64,000 bases of DNA from an uncultured Acidimicrobiia bacterium (GCA_963772815.1 CAVYYV010000004.1:15418-79417), one strand, 5' to 3'; counted from the first letter of the stretch, positions 1 through 11,246 are shown. The notes: a model not told the origin generated them from the letters alone. Numbers and translations are program-made.

Positions 1-210
1 GAGTCGGGATGGTCCGATCTCGGCGACTATGACGGCTGGGAGCCTGCTCGGGACCTCCTTCCCGAGTCAAGTCGCGCCGCCACGGTGGAGAACCCTTGAG
101 TAGTCTCCTCTGCGATCGCCAGTTGAGGAAGGGGAGTCGTGGGTCCGGAGCCGAGACGCCACGAGCACGCCAACCCAGCGGATCCGCTCCGTGACGGGGG
201 GCAGTGGGTG

Positions 211-3200
211 ATGACGTGCCGGGGTGCTTCGAAGGATCGGCGGAATGGAGCGCGTCGCGGAATCGGGTGTGTGGCCGTGTTCGGCGCCCTCTCTTTGGTG
301 GTGTCTCTTTTCGCTGGCGCGCCGTCGACAGCGTTCGCTGCATCCGGGGTCCGTACCTATGTGGCGCACATGTCCGGAGATGAGACCGTGCCTGCAGCCG
401 AGACAGCTGCACAAGGGCAGGCGATACTGCGGTATGGCGTCGACGACGGACTGCAGGTCCGAGTTGTCGTCGCCAACCTCGAGGACGTCGCGGGCGCACA
501 CCTTCATCTTGCCCAACCTGGCTCCAATGGGCCGGTAGTGATCGATCTCCTGGATGGAACACCGATACCGGCCGGGTCCGTGACAGGTGTAATCGTCGAG
601 CGGACAGTCCGCCGGCAGGACCTGACAGGACCGCTGGACGGATCGGATTTGGCCGATCTCACCGCTGCCATCGAGGCCGGAATGGTCTACGTCGACGTGC
701 ACACCGCCGACTTCCCGACCAGCGAGATCCGGGGTCAACTGGTCTCCCGGCCCGACGGCGGCGACTTGACCGAACCGTTCACGTATTCGATCGACAACAC
801 ACTTGCACCGGATCCTGCAGCCGTGCCGGACTCACAAAGGGGAGTACGACCACTTGCCGCCGTCGCCGATGAACAGGGGGTCGTCAGCACCTTCGTCGAG
901 AACGAGGTGATACTCGCCCCCCGCAGCCGCGGCGAGCTGAGATCGTTCCTACGGGCCTACGGCGGCACCATCGTTGAGAGCGACAGGATCCCCCAACCAC
1001 CGGAATCCCTCGGGATCGTCCTCACCAGCGAGGAGATGGCTCCCACGGAGTACACGATCCGGGTTGATACAAGTCGAGTGACGCTGACGACACTCGAAGC
1101 CGACGCCGAAGCAGCCGGTTTCGGGGGAGACCGCACGTTCTCGTCGGAGTCGGCGGCCCGTCTCATGGCCTTGATGGTCGGAGAACGTCGTGGCGGAGCG
1201 ACCGTTTCGCCCAACTACGTCTTTGAACCGTCGGGCTCGATGTTGTTCGAAACCGAAGAGCACCCAGATCCCAAGCCGACCGATCCGACCAAAGACAATT
1301 TCGACGCCTTCCATTGGCCGGCGCTTCGTTTCGGTAACGATGCGGCGAGTAGCTACTCGAATGTGCTCAAGGCCTGGCAATTCGTCGCCGCCCACGGCAT
1401 CGAACGACGCGCGGAAGTTGCCATCATCGACAGCGGATTCTGGATAGACGGCCAAGGCGTCCCCGGTTCCACACGCAGCGATGGCATCTCCGACTTCTCA
1501 TTCGGCACACCGGTCAGCCAATACGACTTCGACGGCGAGGACTATCTCGCTGGTGGGCCGAACCTGGCCCCATGCAAGAACGGTGGCTGTCCCTGGCACG
1601 GCAACGACAGCGCGAGCATCGCTGCGGCGATCCCTGACAACGGATACGGAGTGGCGGGGACGGGAGGCTGGGTGACAGATCCGATGCTGTTCCGCACCAA
1701 CTTCCTCCGGTCCCAGATGGCATGGGCGATTAGAACGGCGACAGCCTGGGGCGCCGACATCATCTCCATCAGTAGCAACAACCCCTGCAACCTCGACTGC
1801 GGGCTGTGGCTCAGCAACACGTTCCTGGCGACTCTCGACGCGCAGCGAGGCGGTGTCGCCCTAGTGGCCTCGGCGGGCAACGAGGGGATAGACCTCGACC
1901 AAGCTCCCAGCTGGCCATGCTCCCTCCCGCCCATCGACGGCACTCCCGGCACCGTATGTGTAGGTGCCCTCGACCCGGGCACGATCCAACGTCGCCCGGG
2001 GACCAACTATGGGAGCGCGGTGGACATATTCGCCCCGACCCATCTGGCCACAACCCCGAACCCATCCACCACGGCGAACAACCCACCCCTTGCCTTCGGC
2101 ACCGGCACCAGCGCCTCGGCACCATTCGTCGCCGGGGTCCTCGCCATGATGAAAGCGGTCAATCCGACCCTGACGCCGTCACAGCTGGACGCAATCGTCA
2201 AGGGAGCCGCAAGGACCAACTCGTCAGATCCCACCGTGACCCGATATCTGGACGCGTTCGCCGCAGTGCGAGCCGCAGCAGGCGGCATCCTCCCACCGGA
2301 CTACCTCGAACCAAACGACACCGTAGGCACCGCCACACTCCTCGAGCCGGGTTCATACGAGGGACTCACACTGAGCACGGACCGCGACTACTACCAGTTG
2401 TCTCTCGCCGAATACAGCGACGTGACCATCGACGTCGACTACATGGCAGGCCTTTCGACCGTCCGCCCCGTCCTCATCGACACGCCGGGCGCCGCACCAC
2501 CAATCGGAGCACCGGTCGTGGAAGTCCACCCGGAAGGAACGGTCGAAGGGGAGTCCCGCAGCTGGTCCCTCGCTCCGGGCAGCTACGTATTCGAAATGAA
2601 GAGCGGCCTCAACCTCTACAACCTCACCCTCGACGCGAATCCAACGCCACTCCTACCAGATGTCTACGAGGTCAACGACACGATCGGAACAGCAGCCGCG
2701 CCGGCCGCCGGCCACCACGTCGCCAACCTCCATGCCGCGAGCGACGTCGACCACTATCAGTTCACCGTGCCCAACCTGAACACCGCAACCCAGGTCTTCC
2801 ACTTCGGAGTGGAATTCTCGGAGGCGCCGGTCGAGCTGACACTCTTCAAAGATGGGGCCAACCTCGGCACCCTGCCGCCGTCGACCAGCCCTTCCGTCGA
2901 CGTCAGCCAACCCGGCACCTATATCGCGGCGGATCGACGAACCCGGGAGAACCCGCTACGGCTTCTCGCTCGGCCTGGAAGCGACAGAGGCTCTCACCGG
3001 ACCCGACTTCCCGGTACCGATCGAACGGTTCTGGTTCATCGACCCCACCGGCGCCATCGATCGCTGGCTCTTCGACGAACGGGAAGCGTTCGTACTACCC
3101 CAGGATGCCTACCAGGTTGAGACCTTCGAAGGCCTCAACCTGGAAGGAGAAAAACTGCACGCCACTCTCTACACGCTGGGCGGCGACGTCGTCGCCGAAG

Positions 3201-3367
3201 GCGAACCCTTGGGGGACTCGACGGGAACGCAGGCCGAGTACCTGACGTTCGACACCACGAACGAAGGCCAGACCTACATCCTCGTCATCGAACGAACCAC
3301 ACTCACGGAAACCGACAGCCTCCTCCCAGCCATCCCCTACGCACTCAGCTGGCAAGAGGTCCCATGA
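211..3367 (+). CDS. Secreted subtilisin-like serine protease (signal peptide, CHRD domain, peptidase S8 catalytic domain, three PPC/pre-peptidase C-terminal domains). Reading frame breaks near 2925-2950: ORF 139..3120 continues in ORF 2852..3367.
   Basis: N-terminal hydrophobic signal ('VAVFGALSLVVSLFAGAPSTAFA'). CHRD-like block ('AHLHLAQPGSNGPVVIDL'). S8 triad motifs 'AIIDSGF', 'WHGNDSAS', 'GTGTSASAPFVAGVLAMM'. PPC-like blocks ('EPNDTVGTA...DRDYYQLSL', 'YEVNDTIGTA...DVDHYQFTV', 'TYILVIERTT'). The last block lies in a different frame (ORF 2852..3367), so a frameshift around 2930 is implied. Confidence 0.75.
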
Positions 3368-3667
3368 GACAGACCTCAAGGATGAGACGCCAAATCATGA
3401 ATGAGAAATCTGCGGCGGATTTGCCGGTTTGACCCCGTTCGACAGCGCCAGTCGGGCCATCCAAATCCGCAACAACGACAGACCTTCACCTGCTCCGCAC
3501 CTATTCCAGACTCGCGTGCCAGAAGGTGCCCGGGCTCTGGTTCGGTCATGTGCCGGTGGCGCGTTTGGCGAGTATTTGATGCGGGGTCGCACCAATCCTC
3601 TTCCTGGGAGATGACGCCTCGGTCTCGCAGCCTTGGGCTGTGCCCTGATGTGTTGGAGCCGGGTTTG

Positions 3668-6021
3668 CTACGGACCCATGGCGCGGTGGAGGAAGGCGGC
3701 CATCTGCGCCCGGGTGACCGGATCGTTGGGACAGAACATGTCGTTGGTGGGTGGGTTGCATCCCCGCGTGACCCCGGCTTCTGCCAGTCGCTCGATGTCG
3801 GCCTCGAAGATGGAACCGTCATCGTCTCTGAACCGATCTGAGCCGGCGCCGGTGGTATAACCAAACGCCCGAACCAGAAACGCCGCCATCTGACCCCTGG
3901 TTACCGGGTCATTCGGGCAGTACTGGTCGTTGGCCGGCGGGTTGCAGCCCTTGGTCACTCCTACCGAGCCGAGCCATTCGATATCGGCCTTGAAGACCGA
4001 GCCGGAGATGTCGGTGAAACTCAACGGGGCGTCGGGGGTCAGCACCCGGCTGAGGCCCCGATGCAGGAACGCAGCCATCTGACCCCGGGTGACCGGATCA
4101 TTCGGGCAGTACTGGTCGTTGGCCGGCGGGTTGCAGCCCTTGGTGATCCCCTGTGCAGCCAGCCACTCGACGTCGCCAAAGAAGGTGTGAGTGGTCGGAA
4201 CATCGCCGAACGTGGGCGACGCGGGCAGTTCGAACACATCGGTCACATCGATGGTTACCGTCGCCACATCACTCTCGGAGCCGTTTGTCACCTCAACGGT
4301 CAGCGAGTACGAGGGCGTGGTCTCGTAATCCAACGCGGCCGCCGTCGTGATCACCCCCGTGTTCGAACCGATCGCGAACACCGCACCCCCGTTGCCGCCG
4401 GTAATCGAGTAGCTCAGTGTGCCGACGCCTGTCGCCGCAACGGTGCCGACCTCGGTGCCGGGCGCGGCGTTCTCAGCTACGGAGAACACGGCGTCGGAGA
4501 TCGCCACCGGAGGGCTGCAGGCGGCCGGTGGGCTGGTCAGCCATGGGTCGTAGTCGATGTCGACGCTGACGCTGTCACCTGACCCGGGCCCGGCGCCGGA
4601 CGGGCCGGTGCTGCTACCCCACCAGTTACTCTCGAGCGTGACTCCGGTACCTGTGCTGTTGGTTGCGCCCGCAGCGTTGTCGACGAAGCAGTTCCCGGTT
4701 GAGCCTGTACCTAGGCCGGCGCTGTCCGTGAGCGTCAAGCCGGCGGTGGCAGCACCGGAGATGCTGTTGTCCTTGACGACCGAAGACCCTGAACCGATCA
4801 GCGCGATCGCGGTTGCGTTGGGTTGCCCATCCCCGACCGGCGTTGTTCCGAACACGTTGTCGCTCACCAGGACGCCGGCGCCCGAGTCGTCGCCGCTGAT
4901 GGAGACACCTGTGGCGGCTGAGGCGAAGTAGTTGCTGCTGATCCGGTTGCCGGTGGCACCGCTCGTCAGACCGACCACCTCGATACCCGTGTCGATTGAC
5001 GCCGGAAGACCGCTCGGGGTGACGCCGAATACGTTCCCCACGATCTCGTTATCGGTGGGGTAGTAGAAGTTGGCGTCGAAGCGGACGCCGGTGCTGCCGC
5101 CGAAGAGGTTGCGCTCGAGGTCATCAGACGTTCCGTCCTCATTGGTCCCCACCAGATTGCCGACGGAGATCTGACGCATGTAGACGTAACCGGCTTCGAC
5201 CTGGCTACTTCCGTCAGCGGTGAAACCGAAGTAGTTGCCCGCCACCCAGTTGTCGTGGTTCCCGGCATCTCCATTGATGTACACGGCCGACGCGCCGGCG
5301 CCGCCGAAGACGTTCCGCTCAGCGACATCGTTGAAACCGTCGCCGTTGGTGCCGATGATCACTCCGGATGCCTCGTTCTCGAGCAGGATCTGGACCGGGA
5401 GATCGCTGGTACCGAGATGCGAATCGCCGGACGCATTGAGGCTGAAGTGGTTGCAGAAGATCTGGTGGCCGGTCCCGTTGGTGACGTAGAGCCCACTGCT
5501 GTACACCGAGACGTTGTCCGAGCCGAAGGCGAAACCGTGGATGGTGGTCGACCCGGTGGCATGGTCGACGGCCAAGGCGGTCGCGTGCTGCCCGACGAAG
5601 GATCGGTGACGATCTCCACCCTCATGTATGAGGGCTCGGTCGTGGTGGTGCACACGTTCGCTTGGGGGGCGCCGTTCTGCGGTTGGGTGGTTCCGTCGAG
5701 ATCTACCGGGTCGGTGATGGTGATCGGACCCCCGGTGAGGGTGATTCGACACACCCCACCCGGACAGGAGGCGGCGGGTATGTCGAATTCGATGATGTCG
5801 GCACCGACGTTGGCGTTGGCGGCAGCGATGGCGCCTCGCAAGCTGCAGTCGTCGGCGGCTACGGTGCAGGACGAGAGCGCCCCGTTGTCGGCGACGGTGT
5901 CGACCACGTATGTGGTCGCCGCGGCTGCAGCCGTCGCGCCAGTGATTCCCGACAGCACCCAGGCGGCAACTCCGATCGCGGCCAGCCAGAGCGCGAAACG
6001 ACGGCGGATCCTTGTTCCCAT
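3668..6021 (-). CDS. Cell-surface protein: signal peptide, right-handed parallel beta-helix repeats, cadherin-like domain, three C-terminal SLH (S-layer homology) domains. Frame break near 5590 between ORF 5359..6021 and ORF 3668..5752.
   Basis: ORF 5359..6021 begins with a signal peptide and the beta-helix N-cap 'CSLRGAIAAANA'. ORF 3668..5752 has repeated 'G.N...NVFG' beta-helix turns, a cadherin repeat ('FSVAENAAPGTEVGTV...LSYSITGGNGGAVFAIGSNTGVITTAAALDYETTPSYSLTVEVTNG') and three repeats 'F.D....F..DIEWL...GVTKGCNPP.ND.YCPNDPVTRGQMAAFL.R' that match SLH domains. Confidence 0.7.
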
Positions 6022-6324
6022 ACTCCCTTCACTCCATCAGCTCCCGTTCGACCCTAGCGAAGCGCCAGTAACCGTGGGTCTCCGATCGGAGGCCAGAAGT
6101 GGACCGCGCCGGCACGGATTCTGACCTGACCGGCGCTCGTTGTGGTCGCTGCGGTGGACGCTGAGCAAGCCGGGTGCGTCGCCATCGCGCCAGGTCAGCG
6201 GACTGCCGTGTTCTTCCCTGACAGCGAAGAGGTCAGAAGTCCGAATCCGTCGGGCTCACGGTGCGGCCTCAGGTTGAAAGGCAGCGTCGATACGGCCGGT
6301 GCCTGCTGGCCCCGTCCCGCTGGA

Positions 6325-6460
6325 ACCTTCGACACCCGTTTGATCCAAGGCACCCAACGGGCCCGAATCCCCAACCGCCACTGGGCCAACGGCCGCACAC
6401 ACGTTCTGTTGAGCGCTCTGGTGTGGCACGCTTGCAAGGGCTCAACACGTTCCGTTTGGT
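6325..6460 (+). repeat. Partial/rearranged copy of a dispersed ~125-bp intergenic repeat family (GTTTGAC-box variant 'TTCGACACCCGTTTGATCC' followed by two ACACGTTC motifs 35 bp apart)
   Basis: Shares the boxes 'ACACGTTC(T/C)' and 'GTTTGACaccgGTTTGA' with copies at 12505-12625, 13309-13432, 17950-18040, 24361-24520 and 28485-28610. Confidence 0.5.
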
Positions 6461-6684
6461 TGTTGGTGATGGGCGCGTTGCGGATCTGATGGCCGAACGG
6501 TTGGCGGGGTGTAGGTGTCCGCGACTTGGCTTGTGGAGAGCGGTCGGCTGCTGCTGCTTCCGCTCGACGTTGCCGACTCGGCCGAGATGGTCGTTTTGTT
6601 CTCGCGTCGAGACTGTGCACCTTCCCCGGGGCGGAGGTTCCGAATCCCTCCTTGTCTAGGGAGTGTGCCCCGTATGATCGGGGG

Positions 6685-9600
6685 ATGGTTGGTACCCCTG
6701 GGCGGCAGCTGGCGGCGGTCATGTTCACCGACATGGTCGGCTTCACCGCGCTGATGGAACAGGACGAACTGCTCGGTCTGGAGCGCCGCGACCGGTACAC
6801 GTCGGTTCTGGGGAGAGAGCATGAGGCGTTCGACGGCCGAATCGTGGCGTTTTTCGGTGACGGATCGTTGAGTATGTTCACCAACTCGGTGGATGCCGTT
6901 TTGTGCGCGATCGAGATCCAGCGCCGGCTGGGCGAAGCGCCGCAGGTTCCGGTGCGGGTTGGGATTCATGTGGGAAACGTGTTGGTCGAATCGACCGGTC
7001 TGGTTGGCGACGCGGTCAACATCGCTTCGCGGATCGAGTCGTTGGGGACGCCGGGTGCGGTGACGGTGTCGGACTCGGTGTACGACCAGGTCAAGAACCA
7101 ACCTCAGTTCGGCTTTGTGAGTCTGGGCCGGTTCTCGCTCAAGAACGTCGATCGTCCGTTCCAGATCTACGTGGTGACGGCAAGGGGTCTGCCGGCCCCC
7201 GCGGTCGGCGCCGTCTTTGACGGCAAAGGCACACAGCTTGCCGACTCGGACGGGCGCGGACCCGTTCTCCTTGATCGGGATCGAGAGCTCGACGCCATGA
7301 GCGCACTGCTGGATGGGGTGGGCTCGTCGGGCGGCAAGGTGCTGTTGGTGCGTGGCGAAGCCGGCATAGGCAAGAGCACTCTCGTTGACGCGTTCGTCGA
7401 ACGGCACGCGGACGCGGCACATGTACACATCGGTTTCTGTGACGATCTGCTGACGCCCCAGCCGCTAGGTCCCTTCTGGGACATGGCCCGTGATGAACCG
7501 TCGCTTTTGGAACCCCTGGAGATCGGTGATCGCCGAGGGCTTATGGAGGCGCTCTTGGATCTGCTTGCCCGCAAGCTTCGGCCGACGGTGCTCATCTTGG
7601 AGGACACGCAATGGGCAGACGAAGCAACCCTCGACGTGATCAAGTACGTGGGTAGGCGAACGTCCAAGACCGACGGGATGCTGATCCTCACCTATCGAGA
7701 CGGTGTGGTGGACTATGACCATCCACTCCGAGCGGTGATCGGAAGCCTTCCTCCACAGGATCTTTCGAGGATCCATCTCGATGGTCTCTCACCGGTGGCG
7801 GTAGCGGCGATGGTCGATGAATCAGAGCTCGATGCCGCCGAAGTCCTCACCCTGACCGGGGGGAATCCGCTGTTCGTCACCGAAGTGATTGCCTCGGGTA
7901 TGAGTGACGTCCCTACGTCGATTCAAGATAGTGTCCTGGCCAGAGCGGCGAGCCTCTCCGCAGAGGCACGGAGCGTGCTCGATCTCGTCTCGGTCATCCC
8001 GGGAAAGGCGGAACCGGCCCTGATCGAAGGACTAGTCGGACCGAGGCACGAGCACTTGGCCGAATGTGTCCGACGCGGTCTTCTCCGCGACGAGGACGAC
8101 GGAGTTTCCTTCAGTCACGAAGTCGTCCGACGTTCTGTCGAGGCCGCATTGACCACGGGTGCCCGTCGTGCCCTCAACGAGGCAGTGCTCACCAGACTTG
8201 CCGGGTCGGGCGACCCTTCCCGGCTGGCCCACCACGCCCGCGAGAGTGGGGACGTCGAGGCGATCATCCGATTCGTCCCCGAGGCGGCCAGGGCCGCGAT
8301 CGCCGCCGAGAGTCACCGAGAGTCACTGGCCCACTTCCGAACGCTCGAACCGTACCTGGACCGGATATCCCAAACCGACCGGGCCGCCATCGTCGACGAC
8401 TGGGCCCGCAGCGAGTGGTACCTCGACAATGCCGAATCGCTCGACATTCTCGCCAGAGCCATCGAACTGCACCGCTCCAACAATGACAAGATCGCGTTGG
8501 CAAAGACGCTGACTTTCGCGGTGCGTGTGAACGAGGTGAACGGCCGCCCGGAAGTCGCCGACGCGTGCTCCACTGAATCGGTGGCCATCCTCGAGTCGTC
8601 CCCGCCGAGCGAAGACCTAGCCTTTGCGGTCGCCCAGCAGGCCTGGCTGGCGATCATGCGTGGCGAGAGCGAACGCGCGCTCGAGCATGCCAACCGGGCA
8701 ATCGGCATCGCAGAGCAGACGGGCGCCGAGCTGGCCATGATCTACGCCCTCAACACCAGGGGCTTCCAGCTCTATGTCAACGGCGATGACACAGGTCTCG
8801 ACGTGCTGGAGGAGGCCCGGCGCCGAGCCGAAAACGCCGGCTTCCGGTCGGAGGAAGTCAGGGCGCTTCTGAACATGGCCGCTGCGGCGATCGAACTCCG
8901 TAGATTGACGCTGGCAGAGGACCTGGCGCGCAGGACCATTGCGACCGCCGTTCGATACGACGTGCAGGTCTTCGAGGCGTACGCGCGAGCTCAGCTCGCA
9001 CAGGTGCTGGAGTGGAAGGGCGACTGGGAAGCAGCCGAAGACGCCGCCACCGACGTGCTCGGCTCGCTCCCACATCACGACGTGTTCGCAGGTTGGGTGT
9101 TGGGGACACTGTGGGCACGCCGGGGCCGGCCCGACGCGCGAGCTACGCTCGATCGGGTATGGCAGATGGCCGAGACGTCCGGTGAGATGCAGAACCTGCT
9201 CCCGGCCGCTGCTGCACTCGCAGAGTACCTGTGGCTGACAGGGGAGATCGATGCCGACCTGATCGCTCGCTTCCTGGACGTGCTCGACAGAGGTCTCGAA
9301 TTCGGGTTCTCATGGGCGGGCGGAGATCTCGCCATCTGGCTGTGGAAGTTGGGTGAACTCACCGAGGCGCCGGAGGGGATCGCCGAACCGCACCGACTCC
9401 TGATAGAGGGTCGGTCTGGCGAGGCGGCCGAACGATGGGCAGCGATCGGCTGCCCCTACCAGCAAGCGATTGCCCTTGCTCACGGGGACCGCACAGTCCA
9501 ACTCGAAGCACTCGAGATGCTCGAAACCCTCGGCGCCACCGCGGTGGCGGCCAAACTCAGAAAGGCCTTGCGGGATCAGGGGGTGTCGGTACCGCGTGGC

Positions 9601-9828
9601 AGGAGCAAAGCGGCTCGGTCTCATGCAGCGGGCCTCACCGCCCGGCAAGCGGAAGTGCTCTCGCTGCTCGCCGAGGGTCTCTCGAACGTCGAGATCGCCG
9701 ACCGGCTGTTCCTGTCGCCGCGAACCGTTGAGCACCACGTCGCCGCCGTGATCAGCAAGCTCGACGTGTCGACGCGTGACGACGCCGTCGAGGTAGCCGC
9801 CGAGCAGGGTCTCTTGACCGCCCCGTAG
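6685..9828 (+). CDS. Large ATP-binding LuxR-family regulator with N-terminal class III adenylyl/guanylyl cyclase domain, AAA/NB-ARC ATPase, TPR-like helical region and C-terminal LuxR HTH
   Basis: Cyclase motifs 'AVMFTDMVGFTALME', 'VAFFGDGSLSMF', 'GIHVGNVLVE...GDAVNIASRIE'. P-loop 'VRGEAGIGKSTLV'. LuxR HTH 'LTARQAEVLSLLAEGLSNVEIADRLFLSPRTVEHHVAAVISKLDV'. Start chosen at the ATG at 6685 ('MVGTPGRQLAAVMF'). Confidence 0.85.
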   Translation: MVGTPGRQLAAVMFTDMVGFTALMEQDELLGLERRDRYTSVLGREHEAFDGRIVAFFGDGSLSMFTNSVDAVLCAIEIQRRLGEAPQVPVRVGIHVGNVLVESTGLVGDAVNIASRIESLGTPGAVTVSDSVYDQVKNQPQFGFVSLGRFSLKNVDRPFQIYVVTARGLPAPAVGAVFDGKGTQLADSDGRGPVLLDRDRELDAMSALLDGVGSSGGKVLLVRGEAGIGKSTLVDAFVERHADAAHVHIGFCDDLLTPQPLGPFWDMARDEPSLLEPLEIGDRRGLMEALLDLLARKLRPTVLILEDTQWADEATLDVIKYVGRRTSKTDGMLILTYRDGVVDYDHPLRAVIGSLPPQDLSRIHLDGLSPVAVAAMVDESELDAAEVLTLTGGNPLFVTEVIASGMSDVPTSIQDSVLARAASLSAEARSVLDLVSVIPGKAEPALIEGLVGPRHEHLAECVRRGLLRDEDDGVSFSHEVVRRSVEAALTTGARRALNEAVLTRLAGSGDPSRLAHHARESGDVEAIIRFVPEAARAAIAAESHRESLAHFRTLEPYLDRISQTDRAAIVDDWARSEWYLDNAESLDILARAIELHRSNNDKIALAKTLTFAVRVNEVNGRPEVADACSTESVAILESSPPSEDLAFAVAQQAWLAIMRGESERALEHANRAIGIAEQTGAELAMIYALNTRGFQLYVNGDDTGLDVLEEARRRAENAGFRSEEVRALLNMAAAAIELRRLTLAEDLARRTIATAVRYDVQVFEAYARAQLAQVLEWKGDWEAAEDAATDVLGSLPHHDVFAGWVLGTLWARRGRPDARATLDRVWQMAETSGEMQNLLPAAAALAEYLWLTGEIDADLIARFLDVLDRGLEFGFSWAGGDLAIWLWKLGELTEAPEGIAEPHRLLIEGRSGEAAERWAAIGCPYQQAIALAHGDRTVQLEALEMLETLGATAVAAKLRKALRDQGVSVPRGRSKAARSHAAGLTARQAEVLSLLAEGLSNVEIADRLFLSPRTVEHHVAAVISKLDVSTRDDAVEVAAEQGLLTAP

Positions 9829-9940
9829 GTGCTCCGCACAAAAAAGGGTGGGTGCAACCCCATAGTTGGGTAGGGGCCACCGACGACCTCGCGGTCACCG
9901 AACCATACGTTGGCGTCGGAACAGACGAGGAGAGGCCCAC

Positions 9941-10135
9941 ATGTTTCCGTCACAGCCACAGATCGGGCAAGACATAGCCAGAGAGCGGCAGGAACTCGCA
10001 GCACGAATGCGGCAAGCATCCACGGTGCGTCCAGTCCAGAATCGCAGACGGGCGCTGTTCGGAAAGATTCGCAGACTCGGACTGCCTTCACTGCTCAAGC
10101 GGCCCCCACGCAGCCTCGAACGGAGCGCGGGATGA
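9941..10135 (+). CDS. Hypothetical small basic protein (65 aa) with good RBS; followed by a stem-loop (GGCTCCCC...GGGGAGCC) at ~10152-10200
   Basis: ATG at 9941 preceded by 'aggagagg' 8 nt upstream. ORF 'MFPSQPQIGQDIARERQELAARMRQ...'. No recognisable family. Confidence 0.2.
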   Translation: MFPSQPQIGQDIARERQELAARMRQASTVRPVQNRRRALFGKIRRLGLPSLLKRPPRSLERSAG

Positions 10136-10339
10136 ACCACGCTCAATGAGTGCGGCTCCCCCCGCCGCCGTGACCCTGCTCCCTCCACCAGAGGGGAGCC
10201 GACAGCGGTAGCACACTGAAAATGTGCAACTGCCACCTGACGGGCCGCTGTCCAGGCTCGTGCCCGAGCTGCATTCTTGGAGCTACGACACGACTTTGTA
10301 GATTCAGTCCGACGACTCCCTACTACTTCACTGCCGCAT

Positions 10340-10362
10340 CAGTTCACGCTGCGTGCGAACTG
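10340..10362. promoter_or_regulatory. Inverted repeat CAGTTCA-N9-CGAACTG in the AT-richer region ~80 bp upstream of abiEi; candidate AbiEi autoregulatory operator
   Basis: Sequence 'cagttcacgctgcgtgcgaactg'. AbiEi antitoxins are known to bind inverted repeats in their own promoter. Confidence 0.25.
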
Positions 10363-10439
10363 CCGGCTTCTTCATGTTATGTTCAGCAGTAATCCATTAA
10401 TTCCACTCACATGGGAACTACTGGACTAGCATTGTAGCC

Positions 10440-11246
10440 GTGAAAGCAGGGATATCCAGGTCCGGTCGTGAAGAGCTGGCCGCGGTGACCAGCCGCGGTA
10501 GGCGCCTTGTCACGGTGGACGTCGTCGTCGACGGGTTGGGGCTGGGTCGTACCGAAGCGGCGAAGAAGCTGGCGCGGTGGGCTGAGCAGGGGTGGCTCCG
10601 GCGCGTTCGGCGCGGACTCTATATCCCTGTGCCCGTAGACGTGGAGCAGCCTGATCTATGGTCCGAGGATCCGCTTGTTCTGGCTAATGCAGTCTGGTCG
10701 CCGTGCTATTTCACGGGCTGGACAGCTGCCAACCACTGGGGACTGACCGAGCAGATCTTCCGAACAACTGTTGTGAAGACTTCTCGTCGCGTGAGAGCGG
10801 CGAGTCAGCGGCTCCTGGATCACGATTACCTGATCGGACATACACCCGATTCGACTATGGCTTGGGGGATGCGGACCGTGTGGCGACAGGAGCACCGGAT
10901 CAACGTGGCAGATGAATCACGGACGGTTGTCGACATCCTTGACGATCCCAGGATTGGTGGCGGCATTCGTCACGTTGCGGAGATCCTGTCCGCGTACGTG
11001 GCTGACTTCGAAGGGGACCAGGTCGTCGACTACGCGGAGCGCCTGGGCAACAGGACGGTATTCAAGAGGCTGGGTTATCTGATCGAGGCCATGGGGATTC
11101 CTGATGATGACCTTGTGGCTGCGTGCCGGAGTCGGATCTCGGGAGGTGTCTCCCTCCTTGACCCGGGAGCGTCTGACACAGGACCCCGCATAAGCGAGTG
11201 GGGTCTGCGCGCCAACGTCCGCCTTGAAGGGAACGCTTCGTTGTGA
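10440..11246 (+). CDS. abiEi: AbiEi-family antitoxin / transcriptional regulator (type IV TA, abortive infection)
   Basis: N-terminal AbiEi_4-like wHTH ('LVTVDVVVDGLGLGRTEAAKKLARWAEQGWLRRVRRGLYIP'). GTG start. 4-nt ATGA overlap with the downstream AbiEii gene. Confidence 0.8.
   Translation: MKAGISRSGREELAAVTSRGRRLVTVDVVVDGLGLGRTEAAKKLARWAEQGWLRRVRRGLYIPVPVDVEQPDLWSEDPLVLANAVWSPCYFTGWTAANHWGLTEQIFRTTVVKTSRRVRAASQRLLDHDYLIGHTPDSTMAWGMRTVWRQEHRINVADESRTVVDILDDPRIGGGIRHVAEILSAYVADFEGDQVVDYAERLGNRTVFKRLGYLIEAMGIPDDDLVAACRSRISGGVSLLDPGASDTGPRISEWGLRANVRLEGNASL

Noticed and set aside
1806-3245. Long Arg/Pro-rich ORFs overlapping real genes in other frames or on the opposite strand (e.g. 1806..3245, 13627..14610, 23198..24313, 25335..26435, 28457..29332, 31560..33062, 32704..34227, 35637..36428, 51743..53002, N-terminal 2/3 of 53505..55421)
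   Set aside because: Low-complexity R/P/G-rich translations with no domain signatures, always shadowing a gene with clear homology. This is the typical high-GC open-frame artefact.
3368-3667. Small ORFs in the convergent intergenic region after the subtilase gene
   Set aside because: No RBS or homology. The region contains only a degenerate GTTTGAC-box fragment (3418-3445).
9829-9880. Rho-independent terminator after the LuxR-family regulator
   Set aside because: Only weak 4-bp stems ('ccca...tggg'), not followed by a U-run. Not supportable.
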